Program-made: the position numbers and the translations under genes
Shown: positions 61,224-64,000 of the stretch, piece by piece
How positions within the stretch are numbered: position 1 is the stretch's first letter
How the letters are laid out: every line of letters begins with the position of its first letter
DNA from: an uncultured Candidatus Poseidoniales archaeon
GTDB lineage: Archaea; Thermoplasmatota; Poseidoniia; Poseidoniales; Poseidoniaceae
NCBI GenBank assembly: GCA_905182185.1
Contig: CAJJAP010000001.1
Location: 11,167 to 75,166 of the forward strand
DNA length: 64,000 nt
Reading direction: 5' to 3'
Notes under the pieces: generated by a model
Databases searched by the model: none
What the model saw: only the letters and a program-made list of their open reading frames with translations
Told to the model about the DNA's origin: nothing

Positions 61224-62367
61224 TCAGAAAAGATCGTCGTCAGCATCATCTAAATTAATTGCTTCTTTGCCATCTTTTTTGGATTCTTTGGCAGCAGGTG
61301 TTTGTTCAACTGCATCAGTTTCATTTATCTCAAGGGATTCTGCAACTTCCTCAAGGTGCATTTGTTGTTGTGCTTTGCGAGCAGCGATTGCATTTTCAGA
61401 ACTTCCACCTTGAAGGGTGAGTGCTCTTCTTCGATCCTCACGGGCCTTACGCTCAAGTTGTCTATGACGAGACTTTTCGATATTTTGTAGCATATACATT
61501 GCATCGTGTTCTAGCAATGGTGAATCCGAGATCAATGTGATGTCTAACCATCCACCATCTTCAACGATAAAATCAGCTAGTGGCTCAAAGTTCAAGTCAG
61601 ACTTCTTGATTTGAGTATAATGCATTGCATTTCCACCGCGGTGGTCAACTCCAGAGAAGTGACAATAGAATTCTTTTGTACCAATCGATTCTCTAACTTG
61701 GTCAAATAATTCTCCATAATCTTCAGAGGTTCTCATTCGTCCATGCCCTCGGGCGTGAATATGTGCGATATTGAGGACAGGTATTGTACCTTCAACGTGA
61801 TTGACAACTTCTAGAACTTCTTCTAAACTACCCCATAACTCTTGTCTTCCTGATGTTTCAACTCCGATTTTAGAAGGAGTGCCATCTTTTATCCAAGGGA
61901 ATACAGGGAATTCGTCTTCATCATCATGCCAGATATCGGCGACACGGTCGACAATTCCTGCGAATACATTAGCAACTTGCTCGTTAGCAGCAGTTCCACG
62001 ACTCATGCCACCATAATGGCCAGCGTGTAAAGTGATATGACGGGCATTAATTGTACGGGCCGCTTGTAAAGTAGATTCAATCTTGGTTAAACTTCTGACC
62101 TCTCTCAACTCTGTTACCCAATAATTCTGAATAATATGGCCCATGAATGTTCATTTCAAACTCGGTTTTATTTGAAAGTACACCGGCTTGCCAATATTGC
62201 TCAAAGTGATTTGGAGCAACCATACGAACGGTTTGAACTTCCATTGTTTCCAATCCGAGTGAAATTATATCGTCCATTCCTTCAACAATTGTCCTTCCTT
62301 TACAGGACAATGGAATTCCGGCTGGACCTAACTTGATTGGCATAGCATGACCTCCCCGCAGAACCAA
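61224..62367 (-). CDS. Endonuclease IV-like (AP_endonuc_2 TIM-barrel) protein with a K/R/E-rich C-terminal tail; frame break near 62110
   Basis: ORFs 62077..62367 (...EMNIHGPYYSELLG) and 61224..62144 (...TELREVRSLTKIESTLQAARTINARHITLHAGHYGG...IGVETSG...NIAHIHARGHG) read as one TIM-barrel protein after a 1-nt correction. Confidence 0.55.
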
Positions 62368-62489
62368 TCCAATGGTCGTCTCTCCTTAACCCCTTTCTGT
62401 TGACTGTTTGCCAAATCTATTCTTTTTCTTCCCATTTCACTATAATGCGACATACGACTATCTATGAAGTAGAGACACAACGAGTGGCC

Positions 62490-63197
62490 ATGGACGAGAC
62501 GATATCTAGGGCTATTGAAGCTTTCAAAAGCGGAAATCCGATTTGCCTTTTTGACTCGGAAAACAGGGAAGGAGAAACCGATTTATTATTCCCTGGACAA
62601 TTCGCCCAGCCGGCCACTATGCGTCAATTGAGAAAGGATTGCGGAGGATTACTCTTTTTGGCAATAGGGCACGACATAGGGGAATTGTTTTCTCTACCGT
62701 TTTTACAAGACCTGCACACTCATCCAGCATTGGTTGCAGATAATTTAGTGCTAAAGGAATTAGTCACCAATGATTTACGCTATGATTCACGTTCAGCATT
62801 TACGCTATCATTGAATCACCGAGGAACATATACTGGAATTACAGATCACGACAGAGCTTTGACAACACGACGCTTTGCAGAATTGTCCGAAGAATGCCAA
62901 CAGGCTGGACTTAGCGGAGAAGATGCAAGAAAAGCACTTGGCAACGAGTTCAGAACTCCAGGGCACATTCCGGTTTGCAGAGAGTCAGAAGGTGGATTAT
63001 CTCGGCGCCAAGGACATACTGAACTAGCGGTAGGATTGGCGCGTCTTGCGGGAATGACTCCTGTGGTCATCGGCGCAGAGATGCTACAGCCAGATGGTGA
63101 CGGAGCATTGTCAGTAGAGGATGCACGCGCATGGGCCCTGCAGAGAGACATTCCATTCCTAGAAGGGGCACAACTAACCGCTGCTCTAAATTTGTAA
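62490..63197 (+). CDS. ribB: 3,4-dihydroxy-2-butanone 4-phosphate synthase
   Basis: Contains NREGETDLLFPG, TPGHIPV and GHTELAVGLARLAG. ATG 62490 is preferred over the upstream TTG at 62400. Confidence 0.8.
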   Translation: MDETISRAIEAFKSGNPICLFDSENREGETDLLFPGQFAQPATMRQLRKDCGGLLFLAIGHDIGELFSLPFLQDLHTHPALVADNLVLKELVTNDLRYDSRSAFTLSLNHRGTYTGITDHDRALTTRRFAELSEECQQAGLSGEDARKALGNEFRTPGHIPVCRESEGGLSRRQGHTELAVGLARLAGMTPVVIGAEMLQPDGDGALSVEDARAWALQRDIPFLEGAQLTAALNL

Positions 63198-63252
63198 TTA
63201 GCAACCGATATTAACAAGAATAGCAACCTGTTGCAAGTGATAAGGTGAGACG

Positions 63253-63717
63253 ATGAAGAGAGTGATGGCAGTTGGAGTTTTTGACTTACTCCACGCAGGC
63301 CATTTGCATTACTTAGAGCAAGCCAAAGCATTGGGAGACCACCTCACAGTAGTTGTTGCACATGATGATACGGTGCGAAAGCGAAAGCATGAACCCGTAA
63401 CCGGACAAGACCTTCGTTGTAGAATGGTCGAAGGATTAAAACCAGTAGATGATTCAATAATTGGCAATCCACCAAACGTCCCTATTTTTGACATCTTGCC
63501 GATTGTCAACCCAGATATCATTGCACTTGGTTATGACCAAATACATGCGGTTGAGAAAATAAAATCCAAATTGTCGGAATTAGGTCTTAATTCAATAGAG
63601 GTGACCAGAGTTGAAGGTCTTAGTGATGATTTAGATGGTACCCGTAAGATTATTGCCAGAATATTAGAATTGGCTTCAGAGAGAAAACAATTCGATGATT
63701 CAAAGGGGGGTGAGTGA
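63253..63717 (+). CDS. ribL: Archaeal FAD synthetase (FMN adenylyltransferase)
   Basis: The cytidylyltransferase-fold N-terminus is GVFDLLHAGHLHYLEQAKALGDHLTVVVAHD. The ~150-aa size fits. Confidence 0.75.
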   Translation: MKRVMAVGVFDLLHAGHLHYLEQAKALGDHLTVVVAHDDTVRKRKHEPVTGQDLRCRMVEGLKPVDDSIIGNPPNVPIFDILPIVNPDIIALGYDQIHAVEKIKSKLSELGLNSIEVTRVEGLSDDLDGTRKIIARILELASERKQFDDSKGGE

Positions 63718-64000
63718 ATGTTCACTGGAATCGTCCAAGGTATTGCAACTATCAATGATACTTCACAAGGTGAGTCTGTTATGACATTGTCAATCACCTT
63801 ACCAGCAACTGAAAATCTACAAATTGGTGCGAGCGTTAGTATCGATGGAGTTTGTTTGACCGTGACTTCAATAGATGGCTTAAATGTCAATTTTGATGTT
63901 ATTACGGAAACATTGCACAGAACAACACTCTCCGATTTAGAAATAGGCAGTCAAGTTAATTTTGAACGAGCACTTCGTTTTGGAGATGAGTTGGGCGGTC
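63718..64000 (+). CDS. ribE: Riboflavin synthase alpha chain (bacterial/eukaryotic type), 3' end outside the window
   Basis: Not in the ORF track because there is no stop in the window. The ATG overlaps the ribL stop (TGAATG). Translation gives MFTGIVQGIATINDT...IGASVSIDGVCLTVTS...VNFERALRFGDELGG. Confidence 0.8.
   Translation, partial: MFTGIVQGIATINDTSQGESVMTLSITLPATENLQIGASVSIDGVCLTVTSIDGLNVNFDVITETLHRTTLSDLEIGSQVNFERALRFGDELGG

Overview
This 64-kb segment looks like chromosome from a marine planktonic archaeon. That is an inference from gene content, since there is no rRNA here to confirm it. Archaeal or archaeal/eukaryotic markers (RibL FAD synthetase, Gar1, an NFACT/Rqc2 homologue, KorAB, archaeal-style tRNAs) sit beside bacterial-type gpsA, RNase PH and riboflavin synthase, several peptidases and giant adhesins. 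That mix is typical of Marine Group II/Poseidoniales-like Euryarchaeota. I support about 45 protein genes and 2 tRNAs (Phe-GAA, Gln-CTG). I saw no rRNA, CRISPR array, transposase or integrase.

Housekeeping genes include aconitase, KorAB, thiolase, AhcY, PyrC, MoaB, thiamine pyrophosphokinase, cyclophilin, M29 and M32 peptidases, and ribB-ribL-ribE. Accessory content is dominated by three very large surface proteins built from FG-GAP and thrombospondin-type-3-like calcium-binding repeats, each with a TM anchor and a cytoplasmic tail.

Most interesting observations:
1. A bilobal lipoprotein (55993-58107) carries the full transferrin motif and ligand set in both lobes. It is encoded with PhnC/PhnE-type ABC components and preceded by a paired palindromic operator.
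2. A Gar1 protein is fused to three RanBP2-type zinc fingers and a long GGRDSGRSGGGGY (RGG-like) array. Near-identical DNA repeats form the tail of a DEAD-box helicase 25 kb away, in inverted orientation.
3. One protein combines an EF-hand pair, a polyQ tract and a zinc ribbon.
4. A perfect 2 x 136-bp tandem repeat abuts tRNA-Gln, and each copy starts with the last 14 nt of the tRNA (att-like).

Caveat: at least nine genes are split by single-base frame breaks, several at homopolymers or inside G-rich repeats. This looks like sequence or assembly error rather than gene decay, so exact CDS boundaries in those genes are provisional.
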